A DNA stretch of 63,239 nt, counting the filler, from Basidiobolus ranarum (lineage: Eukaryota), in NCBI GenBank assembly GCA_040143965.1. It is 3 parts of 3 records of this genome, joined end to end, with 100 filler letters (N's around TTAATTAATTAA, not from the genome) between each part and the next. Parts side by side here need not be neighbours in the genome. Positions count along the whole stretch, not along the records: positions 1 to 21,161 come from JASJQH010007088.1; positions 21,262 to 42,202 come from JASJQH010007091.1; 1 more part is not named here. The stretch is one strand, 5' to 3'. Made by a program: the position numbers and the translations under genes. Under the pieces are notes generated by a model. The model saw only the letters and a program-made list of their open reading frames with translations. It made no database searches and had not been told where the DNA came from. Shown piece after piece: positions 13,336 through 23,889 of the stretch (position 1 is its first letter; each line of letters begins with the position of its first letter).

Positions 13336-16300
13336 CTACTGAGGAGAGAAAACATTCAGATTGTTCATGATTTTCTCCATAAAGCTACCAACTAGGCCGG
13401 GAATGGACGTGAGCTTAGGATATGGTACCTTAGGTTCAGTAATCTTCTTGTTAGATTTCTCCAAATTCAGGAATCCTGGTGCACCACTTGCTGACTTATT
13501 TCCTTCCTCTTCGGTATCCGAATCGGATTCAGTTGCCTGCATTTCTAACATATCATCTATTGACACTTGAATTCCAGAAGAAGCAAGTAAATCTTGGAAT
13601 TGTCGTGGATTTTGAGCATACCCAGAGTAATTTGCTGAATGGGGCATGGCACTTGCTGAAACTCGAAGTTTATTGAGAAGTGTATCCGGTAAAGTCTCCA
13701 AGCCAGCCTCTTTCATGTACTTGCACAATATGTTCGAGGGAATCGTAAGTTGATTGGTAGTCGATTCCTCCATATTCAAGTTTTTGGCTCCCATGTTAGC
13801 CATCATGCGCTTACGAAGACGCTTATAACGACGAAGCTTAGTTTCAAATGTGTAGATCTTCAATGCTTGCAAATCATCCTTGAATTGTGCTTGCTGGCTG
13901 CTACTGACACACTCAGCAATAACCTGGCTAAGATCTACAGGTTGCGGATTCAGACCCACACGTAAAGCCGTGAATAGACGCTCAAACCAAGAAATAAGCT
14001 GCTGGAATAGTCCATCAGTACGTTGGCGGTACAGCGAATGCACAAAACGATAGAATGTGCCCTCATATGCTTGAACTAACTCGGTAAATTGACGGAGTGT
14101 TTCCATAGGGGTTGTATCTGTTTGTAGAAATTGAATTTAGTAGGTTGAAAATTACTTCCATAGCATATGTGATCCTCTTACTTTGCTTTTGATCGTTACC
14201 CTCAACCACCTTAATTAGCTGATCAACAAATCCACTGATTTCCATTACGAAATCACTGATGTTCGCATCTTTGTAAACCTGGGCAAGAGGCTGATAGAAC
14301 ATAGTCAATATCTCTTTTAAAATATCCCCTGTAACCCCCTCAAATACGAGTTCAATGGTTAACTCAGTATTGCGAACTTGCGTATAGAGAATGAGCAAAC
14401 GATAAAGGCGGCGAAGTTGAAGGTCAGAGGAATTGAAGTTAGACTGAATTGTTTCGTGCTCTACACCTTCGGATGAAGTAAGACTTTCAATATTCCAATC
14501 GGTATCAAGAAGTTCTTGTGCAGTGCCAGTCATCTCCAAATTTTCTTTAGCGCTGTCCAATAGAGCGATAGTTTCATGGTCAATACGTGGTTCTATGGTA
14601 CCATCTTTGATCACATTAACAAGGCGATCAAGATCAGAGGCATCTGAGATTGATAAAGTGTAAGTAAACAGCAGTACGAACTAAAGCTACTGATATGAAT
14701 GATAATACATACTATTGTCATTGTCATATGGACGATCCTCTGAAGAGTTAACATAGTTGGAAAGTTTGTCACAAAGGCTATCATTGTTGATGGCAGCTCT
14801 TAATACTTCAATATCCTCTTTCTTTTGCTTTACAGAATCACTAAGATTAGCGCTCGCCACTCTATCGTAATGTTAATTAGATCAAAGAGAACTTTTCTTC
14901 TGATTGAATATAAAATGAATTACCTTTGAACTATACTTGCATGCCCAAATGGTTGAGCTAAAAATAGGTCGAGTATGCCCTTCATCATCGCAGTAGGATT
15001 GGAGATCTTGAGGATTCCTTTAAGGGTGCGGTAAGGAATCAAACCATGGGTCTGTTGAAGTTGGTGGAAGTTGATAGAAGCATTTTCATCAGCACAAAAC
15101 ACACGGTAAAGCGTAGCGGCAAGACTTTGAAATTGAAGAAAATATTCGATTGGGGCGTTAGCATACGAGATATAAAAGCCAGTAATTGGTGGAACCTTAC
15201 TTGACTCTAGCTAACTCAATCATTTTCCGATAGTTAACAGGAAGTTGTGATATCTCAGGGACATCATGAAGAATTTGGGAAACCTTACTGAAACCCCCTT
15301 TGAAATAGAATTGCGTTAGATACTAGCTGCTGATAACAATACAAGTGATATATCTACATACCAGGTTCTAAAATTTCTCTAGTGAATTGCTCTATCGATT
15401 CACGAAGCTCGGTTGATTTATCTTCAGCTACTTTCAAGATCTTTTGATACTCCTCTGCACGATGTTTACTAAATGCCTCACGTTGCTGCTTGTCAGCTAT
15501 ATCCACCGGTAACAGTTCGATAGGAGAATCACTAAGGAATCCTTTAGTTAAGCGACTACGAGCCACTAGTGGGCTTGAAACTAAAATACGTAGATGATTC
15601 TGGAGTGCAACCCGATCCTTCTCGTAATAAAGTTGGCTGTCATGTGGGTCTTTAAATCTAGGAGGAGGTGATGGAATCTCTAGAGTGGGGAACAAACGAT
15701 GAACCTGTAAGAAATATTGTTGTTAATACAGAGATATCAATAAAGAAAAATGTTCTTAAATCCGACCTTGGTAATATATTTCTGAATTTGGACATCAGTG
15801 CGACCTACAAAATAGCTTGTGTTCAGCTCAGTATTTGACTGAAGAATAAACAACTGTATACAAGATAATATTGTGAGTGCCAGAATAAACTGTGAGGAAA
15901 AAATATACAATACTTACAGGCTTTTCTTTCTCCCTTATCAAACCCTTCTCTGATACACGTCTAACAGATACAATAGATACGGGATACTTGGTTTGTTCGC
16001 TAGAAGTTTCGCCTAAGTTCACATCAGTTTCTGATTTTTCAGGCTCGGGAATCTTCGGCTCCTCATCGTTCAGTTTATTATCCTTTACCGTCGATATTCC
16101 AGTGTTGAATAGTAAAGTTAAACCATGTTCCACTTTTTTCGATAAACGTTCACGTTTACTAGCCTCTTCTTTACCGACAGCGTATGTACCGAATCTTAAT
16201 TTTCCGTAAGCATCCAAAAACTGTTGAATCTTATGCCAGAGTCCCGGATCTGCATATCTGAGGAAAGGAAATTCGAGGACAAAGCTGTTGAAAGCATATC

Positions 16301-16635
16301 TAAGAAGTGGAGTTTCTGTGGCTTCTGCTATTGCCAGTTGCGAAGTAGATTCCTCAAGAGATTCTTTATCAGAAGAACGGAAGTATGAAGTAATATTCGA
16401 CAAGCGAGATTGACGGGGTCTAGGTGCTTGAAGGACCGATGCATCATGAAACAAATCTTGTAAAGAGAGTGAATCACGCAAGAGGCGAAATTCTTTTGAA
16501 ATTTCACGAGTGATCAAATCACGTTTCAGGATTTCATCTTCAGTCTTAGTGATCTGAATAGAGGCTACAGAGATGAGGAGGTTTTAATCAAGTGTGAGTA
16601 TATAAGTGTCAAGATGAAGACTTACCGGAAGTCAT
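13336..16635 (-). CDS. PX-domain protein of the Lec1/YPR097W (PXB/DUF3818) family; multi-exon
   Basis: A 10-nt first coding exon ATGACTTCCG|GTAAG at 16635. Contains PLLRYAFNSFVLEFPFL, YYEKDRVALQNHLR, THGLIPYRTLKGILKISNPTAMMKGILDLFLAQPFG, FYQPLAQVYK and FYRFVHSL. Confidence 0.85.
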
Positions 16636-16790
16636 CTTGATAGAGCTGTGTGTTGGCTATCTCGCTGACCTGAGTTTATAGAAATAAGAAAAGTTATCGA
16701 TATCCCGATAAGACTGTTAAAACCCATGGCCAAACAAATCGTTCCATATTAGTACGTCGGATATTCTTAATTAATGCTATACATGATGAA

Positions 16791-17144
16791 GGATCTAGAA
16801 AATTTGAATGTACTCGCCATTATGACACACCATTTTCTGAACAGGAAATAGACAATATATTGACCCATCTCTAACAACTATACAATGCACGACAATCACT
16901 ACTGGAAGTGAGCGGTTCCTTGAAAATCACTTTCGTGATGATGTCACTACTCTCACAAGAGATCAGAATGGAAATCTATTTATAGGTGAGTGACACATCC
17001 TTGTCATATCACCAAGCCACCAGTCTATCTGGGTCACACTAAACCTTTCCTTGTCAACAGAACAATCAATGACGTTTGACCGGGGATCGTATTTGAGACA
17101 CAACAAGCTTTGTGTCAGGAACTCGATATGGAAATAGGGCTATG
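16791..17144 (+). pseudogene. Decayed BTB/POZ (KCTD/T1-type) domain gene
   Basis: Collinear fragments GSRKFECTRH, FLENHFRDDVTTLTRDQNGNLFI, then intron 16986-17060 (GTGAGT...CAG), FDRGSYLRHNKL and ELDMEIGL resemble the KCTD consensus GGxxFxT / xxDxxGxxFIDR / FxxILxYLR. Frames are broken and no start is evident. Confidence 0.4.
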
Positions 17145-18305
17145 GTATATGTGTCTAGTGCTGACTTTTACAGGTTAGAGTTTGGAATATGGTTAGGAAG
17201 GGATTTTACGAGAAGTGCTTTGCAATGTTGATCATTCCTTTACTTGCTTAATTCTTTCTCGGATGGTTTGCGAATGTCATTCGTTTCTGAATTTGAGGTG
17301 ATCTCATTTCCATTTTACCTCATGCGCTTTGTTATAAGCATACATACACTACAGTTTATCTTTGATTGGCTCGATGGGAATATTTGTCATCTGTTCAAAT
17401 TCCTAATTCAGTCGCAACATGATTTCCTGCTTCCATCAACAATCCATAGCTGCCAATTAGATTGCCTTCTCCGAAGAGTGGTTTTCATCGCTCAGTGTCG
17501 ATTCATGAGACTGAATCAATTTCGGAACGGATTGCTAAATGGTGGATATTGCGACTGGTGCATTGCAAGTTAGCTGTATCTTAGATGACTTACATGCCCA
17601 CTTGTTACTATTCTGCTACATATTGGGGCCACTACAAGAGTAGTACAATGGCTTACTGCTGATGGCATGTGTCTTCAATACTGCTTTGGTGTGCATTCGA
17701 GTCTGATTTCGCCGGGTAATGGCAGATTGGAGTGGGTTTCGCTGCTGATTTCCAAGAAATCACTGCAAATACTGAGGATTAATTAGATTTCCTCTTAATG
17801 TATGACACTTGGCATTATCGAGCTCTATTTCCATCGATTATTTGTAAGACTTCAATTCCGGAAAATCCATGATTAAGCCTGAAAACATGTTAGGAGTCGT
17901 CTAGGCTGAAACCTCATTGTTCTGTGCATCTACGACTTCACCTGGACAGAGTAGCAAACAATGTTGAAATTACAGTCACAGATGAAGAACAAGACTTATG
18001 AATAGGAATTTGGCTTTGCTAGTTTGTATAGCGACATGCCTTCAGGACTCTTATTACACTCAACTTAATTTATAAATATGCGTGGTCTCATGAAATAAGC
18101 AAGTCTTGTAGCCAACCGGAGTTTTGCAAAGTTCAGATATTTTCAACGTACCTGTGTAAAAATATATGGAGCTGTGATGATAATTATTGATTGGAGCCTA
18201 CCACATGATAAGTAGTACAATTCGTTGGCAGTTCAGGTTTTCGTCAGTCTTAAACACGTGTAGATGTAAAAGGTAGCCCACCAGATCCGTCCAGCTCATT
18301 CAAGT

Positions 18306-18953
18306 ATGCGCTTTCCTATTCTTCTTACCATATATATTGCTCTGTTTATTGGCAAGGGAGAGGCTAAAAAAGAACTCCCGAATCCATCAGGAAGAACTTA
18401 TACTTTGGAGCGTAAAGCTCTTGACGGGCGTGACCTCCAATTTGCTCCTCATGTTGGGAATGACCCTTTCACAAACTGGCTGGGGATGAATTTGAATTTC
18501 TCTTTATTCGAACCTTTGTTCGACACACTAAATGCCAGTCTCAAAACGCCTTTACAAAATCGTAATGAAGCACACATTACCGTTATCACTCCCCCTGAAT
18601 TCGATAATGTGCTGTCCAAGGTGGGCATTACAATGGAGGATATAAATTGGATTGCTCTAGAAAACAACATCCAGGAAGCCAAAATTAACGCCTTGTGCCT
18701 TGGTCGTGTAGCCACCAAATTGGAGAATTTAGAGCAAGAAGCATACCAAGTAATCATAAAGAGTAAGCAACTTTTACAAATTAGACAAGAGATTTTCAAT
18801 TTGTATGTTTGTAGCGGCGGAGAGCCAAGTCAATTTGATCCCAACAATTATTATTCTCATATCACTTTGGGGTATTTGCATAGAGACTTATTTGAACAGG
18901 ATGGAATTTATAAGGGCTTGAACGCTTGCTGGGCTAATTTGAAGCTTTTGTAG
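18306..18953 (+). CDS. Secreted 2H-phosphoesterase superfamily protein
   Basis: Signal-peptide-like N-terminus (MRFPILLTIYIALFIGKGEA). Two HxT-hydrophobic motifs: AHITV (His codon at 18573) and SHITL (His codon at 18858). Intronless, 215 aa. Confidence 0.8.
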   Translation: MRFPILLTIYIALFIGKGEAKKELPNPSGRTYTLERKALDGRDLQFAPHVGNDPFTNWLGMNLNFSLFEPLFDTLNASLKTPLQNRNEAHITVITPPEFDNVLSKVGITMEDINWIALENNIQEAKINALCLGRVATKLENLEQEAYQVIIKSKQLLQIRQEIFNLYVCSGGEPSQFDPNNYYSHITLGYLHRDLFEQDGIYKGLNACWANLKLL

Positions 18954-20493
18954 CATCCAGATACACTCTGGTCTTTGCACTGCAGGATGTTTACACTTTT
19001 GACTCACCCTCCCCTCACTCAATTAACAGTGACAAAGAGTCACTCTATACTAGTGCTTCATCTCATAATATGCAGAGTGCTCCTAAGTGATAGGCTGCTG
19101 CATTTATTCAATAAATCTCCATGTCTATGGTTGAGCTAGTATTGGCCCCATAGATGGCTTCAAAAGAAAGGTGTTATTCGTATTATCGTATATTGCACAT
19201 GTATGAAGCTCCAATCACGAATTCTAGGTCTAGGCCGTGCCTAAGGTATAATGCAGTACTGGCACGAGTTCCTATTTTCATAGCTCCCTACATACTATTA
19301 ACGAAGTAAAACTTGAGCATCAGATTTTGAGCTATTCAAAACCACGGACAGTATGTAGCAGCGTTCCCGTTAAATCTAGCATATATGTACATGTAATATA
19401 GTGCTGTGAAACTCTCCTTTAAACCCTCAATTCACTATATTTGTTTTATTTGTTAGCCGTCCAATGCTGCCTCTCATTAGATTAAAGCACCAAAACATAT
19501 AGGATGCTGGGAAAGAACTGACGTTGTTCGTAATTTGTACAGCGTATTCGTGAATGCTGCTGGTTTCATACTATTATGTGTGCATCTACCTGTCTTGTTT
19601 GACAGGTACTAGTCAATTGTTTCTATGCCAAGCCAATAAATAGAAGATGCCAAATCTGCTTTTTCTGGGGATTATCCACAGAACCATGGTACATTGGTTT
19701 AGTCTGAAGATGTGTGATTGAGATTAAGATTGTGTTTTACAGCAGGCGAAACTAATGATTACTGATCAAACCTCAGATACAAAACAGCGTTTAAGATGTG
19801 AACCCCATACCATGGTGGTTACTACGATCGGGAAAGCTCGTTTGATCGTTTTATCGACGCATCTGGGTAAATCTGACGGAAGTAAGGTTATATTTGCTTT
19901 ACAGTGATGCTCGTAACTGAGATAAGCCAATGAATTTAGCCTAGACTAGTTTCATTGCTCTGTTATCGGAATACCTCAGCTACCACAACTAGAGTAGCTG
20001 TGAATCTTCCTGGGTTGATTTATCCAAAGCGCCTGATCATACATAGGAAAGATTCCCTAATTTATTTGGATTCAGGTGTAAAGTGTAGTGAACTACTATC
20101 TCATTGGACTGAGTAAGATTGCAGTTTTACTCAGGCTCTCGTTGAAATATAAGCGCACTGCCGGTCCATTCACCTATATTTAACGCTATTGGACTTTTGC
20201 ACCCTTTCAGAGTTTAAGCCAGCCTTGACTTCCATTGAATTCAACCACTTGATTTGTACTGGATAACCTCATATACGGCCCAATACCCATTTCATTTGGG
20301 TTAAATGACAGCAGCAGTTATCTCTACCTCGAACTAACAAAATTAGGGGAAATCCTCAGGGCAAATCTGATCAGTACTAGGGATACTACTTTACTATCCG
20401 TACCTAACGATTCTTTTACTGTGCTGTAAATACGCTTTACGCTATTCAGAAGGCTTCAGAGAAGGGCACTCTTCTTGTTCTTTTAACTAAACT

Positions 20494-21161
20494 ATGGGTA
20501 TTGAAGCCCCAACAACCCAGTTGATCATATCATCTTTTGTATGTTGCTTTGTGGTTGGAACGTACAATATATACTATAGCTTAGGAGGGTTAGACGACGA
20601 TAACTCCTCTGTTCCAATTTGGAATAATATAGCACTCTATGCCTCTTTTTCCTTGTGCTCTATCGTCTCTGGAACTGTGCATAATTTTCTAGGGCCTCGA
20701 ATTAGCATAATGTTCGGAAGTATACCCTATATTCTATACGTATGCTTTCTTTGGCTCTATAGGGAAACCCGAATTGCATTTCTTACAGTGATAGGTGCAG
20801 TCATTCTTGGAGCAGGCGCTTCGCTTTTGTGGACAGCAGCTGGGACTGTTATAATGTCATATCCAATGGAAAATCAAAAAGGTCGCTTCTTTGGCATTTT
20901 TTGGATTCTATTTAATCTCGGCTCTCTGATCGGCGGGTTTCTACCGTTCTTTTCTCCACAACTAAACTACGTAACCATCTGGTTTTTATGCTTAATGGCT
21001 TTTGGTCTATGTCTTTCTTACTTCATGGTGTCCCCCGCAAGAGTGATTCGGGAAGATGGATCTCGAGTAACGAGTAAAACCGGCTTTAATATCAGTCATG
21101 AGCTTCATCAAATCCCAAGAACCCTCTTCAAAAAGAATATCCTCCTACTTATTCCAATCTA
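20494..21161 (+). CDS. UNC-93-like MFS membrane protein, 3' truncated by assembly gap
   Basis: Multiple TM segments with NFLGPR, GAGASLLWTAAG..MSYP.ENQKGRFFGIFWILFNLGSLIGG and RVIREDGSRV, typical of fungal UNC-93/DUF895 proteins. The frame is open into the N run. Confidence 0.85.
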
Positions 21162-21261
21162 NNNNNNNNNNNNNNNNNNNNNNNNNNNNNNNNNNNNNNN
21201 NNNNNTTAATTAATTAANNNNNNNNNNNNNNNNNNNNNNNNNNNNNNNNNNNNNNNNNNNN
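21162..21261. other. Artificial contig-join linker / gap
   Basis: 44 N + TTAATTAATTAA (stops in all six frames) + 44 N. Confidence 0.98.
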
Positions 21262-22300
21262 ATGGCTTCTTTGTTTTGTTTGAAATAAAGATTTCACCTT
21301 TGGGTGACTGTCTCCCCCCCTAACCCTTACTTTATTTGCTCATGATATCAGAGTTTTTTCTTCTCAGCCTCAGTGGGATAATGATACTATTCATAGGTAT
21401 CTATCAGAAAATAACTTAGAGCTATCCATTGCCAAAACTATTCCACTTGTTTGTACTATTTCCTTGTGTGAAACTGAGCTTCTTCAAACAAACCATGCAA
21501 CCTATCTTGGCTTCCCATTTACTCCCACTGGTATTGATGTGAGGAAACACCTGTCAATCAGAATTGCCTGGGCTAAACAGGCTGCTCACAAGTTACTTGC
21601 AGTTACACCTCCCAATACATCTTATCATGGATGCCAAAGACTTCTCAAGCAGTTGTGATACCAGCTCTAGAATATGGAGTACATCTACTCCCACTCAACC
21701 AGAGAGACTATTCCAAACTTGATAGATTCATCAGCTATTGCCTCAGGCTGCTGATGCCTGACTTGCCTGAGACTCCCTATGATCATGCTCTAAATGGAAC
21801 ATTCAGATTCATCCCATATCATATGAGAGTAGTGCTACTGAGTGCTAGATTTTTACCCAACCTCAATGACTGCAGAAATCCACTGGGCAAGAAGTGGCTA
21901 GCCACACCATCTTCAAATTCACTATCATGCTGGAAACTGATATAAGATGACCCTCTTATTTCTGAACTAGCTCTGCATCTGAATCAAACAAAACAGCCCA
22001 AAATTGTTGCTATAGACTTTCAGCTGGATCTTTGGAGGCAATACCTTTCCTCCAAGACACCTTTTTTGATCCCCATTATACCAGGCTTTTGTCCTATTGT
22101 CCATTTAGTTTGTACTGAATATCTTCCTTTCTGCTTACCACCTTTACCCCTTAACACTGTATTTATATCCTCAGAACTGGATTATGTTGGGCATCAACTT
22201 AAGTGTGGCAATGATCCAGTTTTGTCACAATATCTTAAAAGATTGATGTCAAGATTGTCACTTTGTTTAGATTAGTATATAAACTAAATAAAGTCCACAC
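21262..22300 (+). mobile_element. Degenerate non-LTR retrotransposon (LINE) reverse-transcriptase 3' remnant
   Basis: LFAHDIRV at 21332 (degenerate F/YADD), YLSENNLELSIAKT, TYLGFPF and VIPALEYG occur in RT order, with frameshifts and stops. No CpG found by eye from 21262 to about 22375. Confidence 0.8.
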
Positions 22301-22935
22301 CACCTGGTGCTTTTCATCCCCCTAAGAGCTTATCCAGTATGATGCTTAAAGATATAGTCAAAATTTGTCATTTGTCGCAAACAACATATTGAACTTAAAA
22401 ACAACTCACTACAATCAGCAAAAATGTAGATAACATCACCAAACGCAGTGGAATCACCTTCATAATATCGAAGACTGTTATTTGGGCTCCAGTCCCAAAG
22501 ATTACACAGCTAATGAACACATATAACCGCTATTAGTACCCCCTATATCTCTGAATACTATTCACCAAGCCGAATTAATTGACCATATTGCAAACACCGA
22601 TACAGGAGTATGTTAGTTAGCAAGTTCAACTTGCTAGAGGAGCGTTACTTAAGTTTTACTTTAATTTTATGATATTGCACATAACGGCTACAGCTGCTGG
22701 CATTTTTAGTCTGCCTAATTAACGTTTAATAGTGTCTTCACCTGCCTTGCCTGTAGCTCGAGAAATCATTTTAAGCAATTGAGTTGGTGACGTTCGTTGT
22801 TTTCAGCATGCAACTTTGGAATTATTGAATGGTTTAATTTGTTTTAATATAGCAAGAAATTTACATTGTGAGGACATAGCTAATACTGTTATACATAGTT
22901 AGATGAGGCATGAAATTCGGTATATTCAGGGCTAA

Positions 22936-23889
22936 TTAACAATGGCCATATGATGGAGGTGGAGAAACCTGTGATACTTCTGCAGCTGTAAGGCGGCCAG
23001 AAGCATTATATGAAGGAGGAAACTCAACTACGCTGTAGGGAGGCAGTTGATTTAACTCCAGTGCGCTGCATGCCGCGACTATAACAATAGGAATATATAT
23101 AGTACAAATATCCTTGTCGCCATTATCTTTCTGCAAGTCAACATAGACTACCAATTTATGAGTAACTTCAACCATGGAGTTCATTTGGTTTAAGTCGGTG
23201 TACTCTGGTATATTCATAAGCAGTATCTGGGAAAGTGTAGCAGCAGTGAATGGAGTGGAAGAAGTGCTGAGAGGTTTCGAAAATTCGGCTACTGACAAGC
23301 GGGTTGGATCACTCTTGGATGGGATACGAAAGTATGTATATTCTTTGAGGCTACAGGTCACTTTTGTTACGTTTACTGTCTTTTCAAGTGGAATTACTGA
23401 TACTTCAATGTCAAACTTCTCACCAGGCGTGTATACATCTGTAGGTAGAATGATTTTACAAGTAACTGACTCGAGAAGGGTCTGCTCGAGCTTGTATGCC
23501 TCCGATAGCTCCTCCAGCCCGTCGGGGCTGTGATGGATGTACACTGGCACTTTACATTTCAAATTCGTAAGTGGGAATGTAGTTTCGGCTATAGCCTTTA
23601 TGATATATTTGATGTGGCCAAAGTCACTATGGAATGATTCAGGTAGATCATGTGGAATCAAGATTTCAAAAGGGAAAACCTGTTGGCCAGAGGCTGAAGT
23701 GGTTTTTAGGGGCTCAGAAAGTGTGCATGTCAGGTCAATAATATTTCGAGTAGTTCTCATGATTGCAGCAGGGAAGAGCACAGACAACTCACCACTAAAG
23801 TTGAGATGGACCTTTTTGATCATTAGTGATGTGCTCGAGTCAAATGCAACAACCCCTCTCAAGGTCATATACTGAGTGTCCAAGGCCAT
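22936..23889 (-). CDS. Alpha-arrestin (ART/Rsp5-adaptor-like)
   Basis: ATG at 23889. Contains LRGVV, FPFEILIPHDLPESFHSDFGHIKYIIKA and VEVTHKLVV, plus C-terminal LPPY, PPSY and PPPSY motifs. Intronless. Confidence 0.88.
   Translation of the reverse strand: MALDTQYMTLRGVVAFDSSTSLMIKKVHLNFSGELSVLFPAAIMRTTRNIIDLTCTLSEPLKTTSASGQQVFPFEILIPHDLPESFHSDFGHIKYIIKAIAETTFPLTNLKCKVPVYIHHSPDGLEELSEAYKLEQTLLESVTCKIILPTDVYTPGEKFDIEVSVIPLEKTVNVTKVTCSLKEYTYFRIPSKSDPTRLSVAEFSKPLSTSSTPFTAATLSQILLMNIPEYTDLNQMNSMVEVTHKLVVYVDLQKDNGDKDICTIYIPIVIVAACSALELNQLPPYSVVEFPPSYNASGRLTAAEVSQVSPPPSYGHC

Noticed and set aside
20305-20337. 10-codon upstream ORF before the UNC-93-like gene
   Set aside because: The transcript start is unknown, and a short ORF like this is expected by chance.
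21206-21217. Palindromic TTAATTAATTAA inside both N runs as a biological motif
   Set aside because: It is a standard six-frame stop spacer added during contig concatenation.
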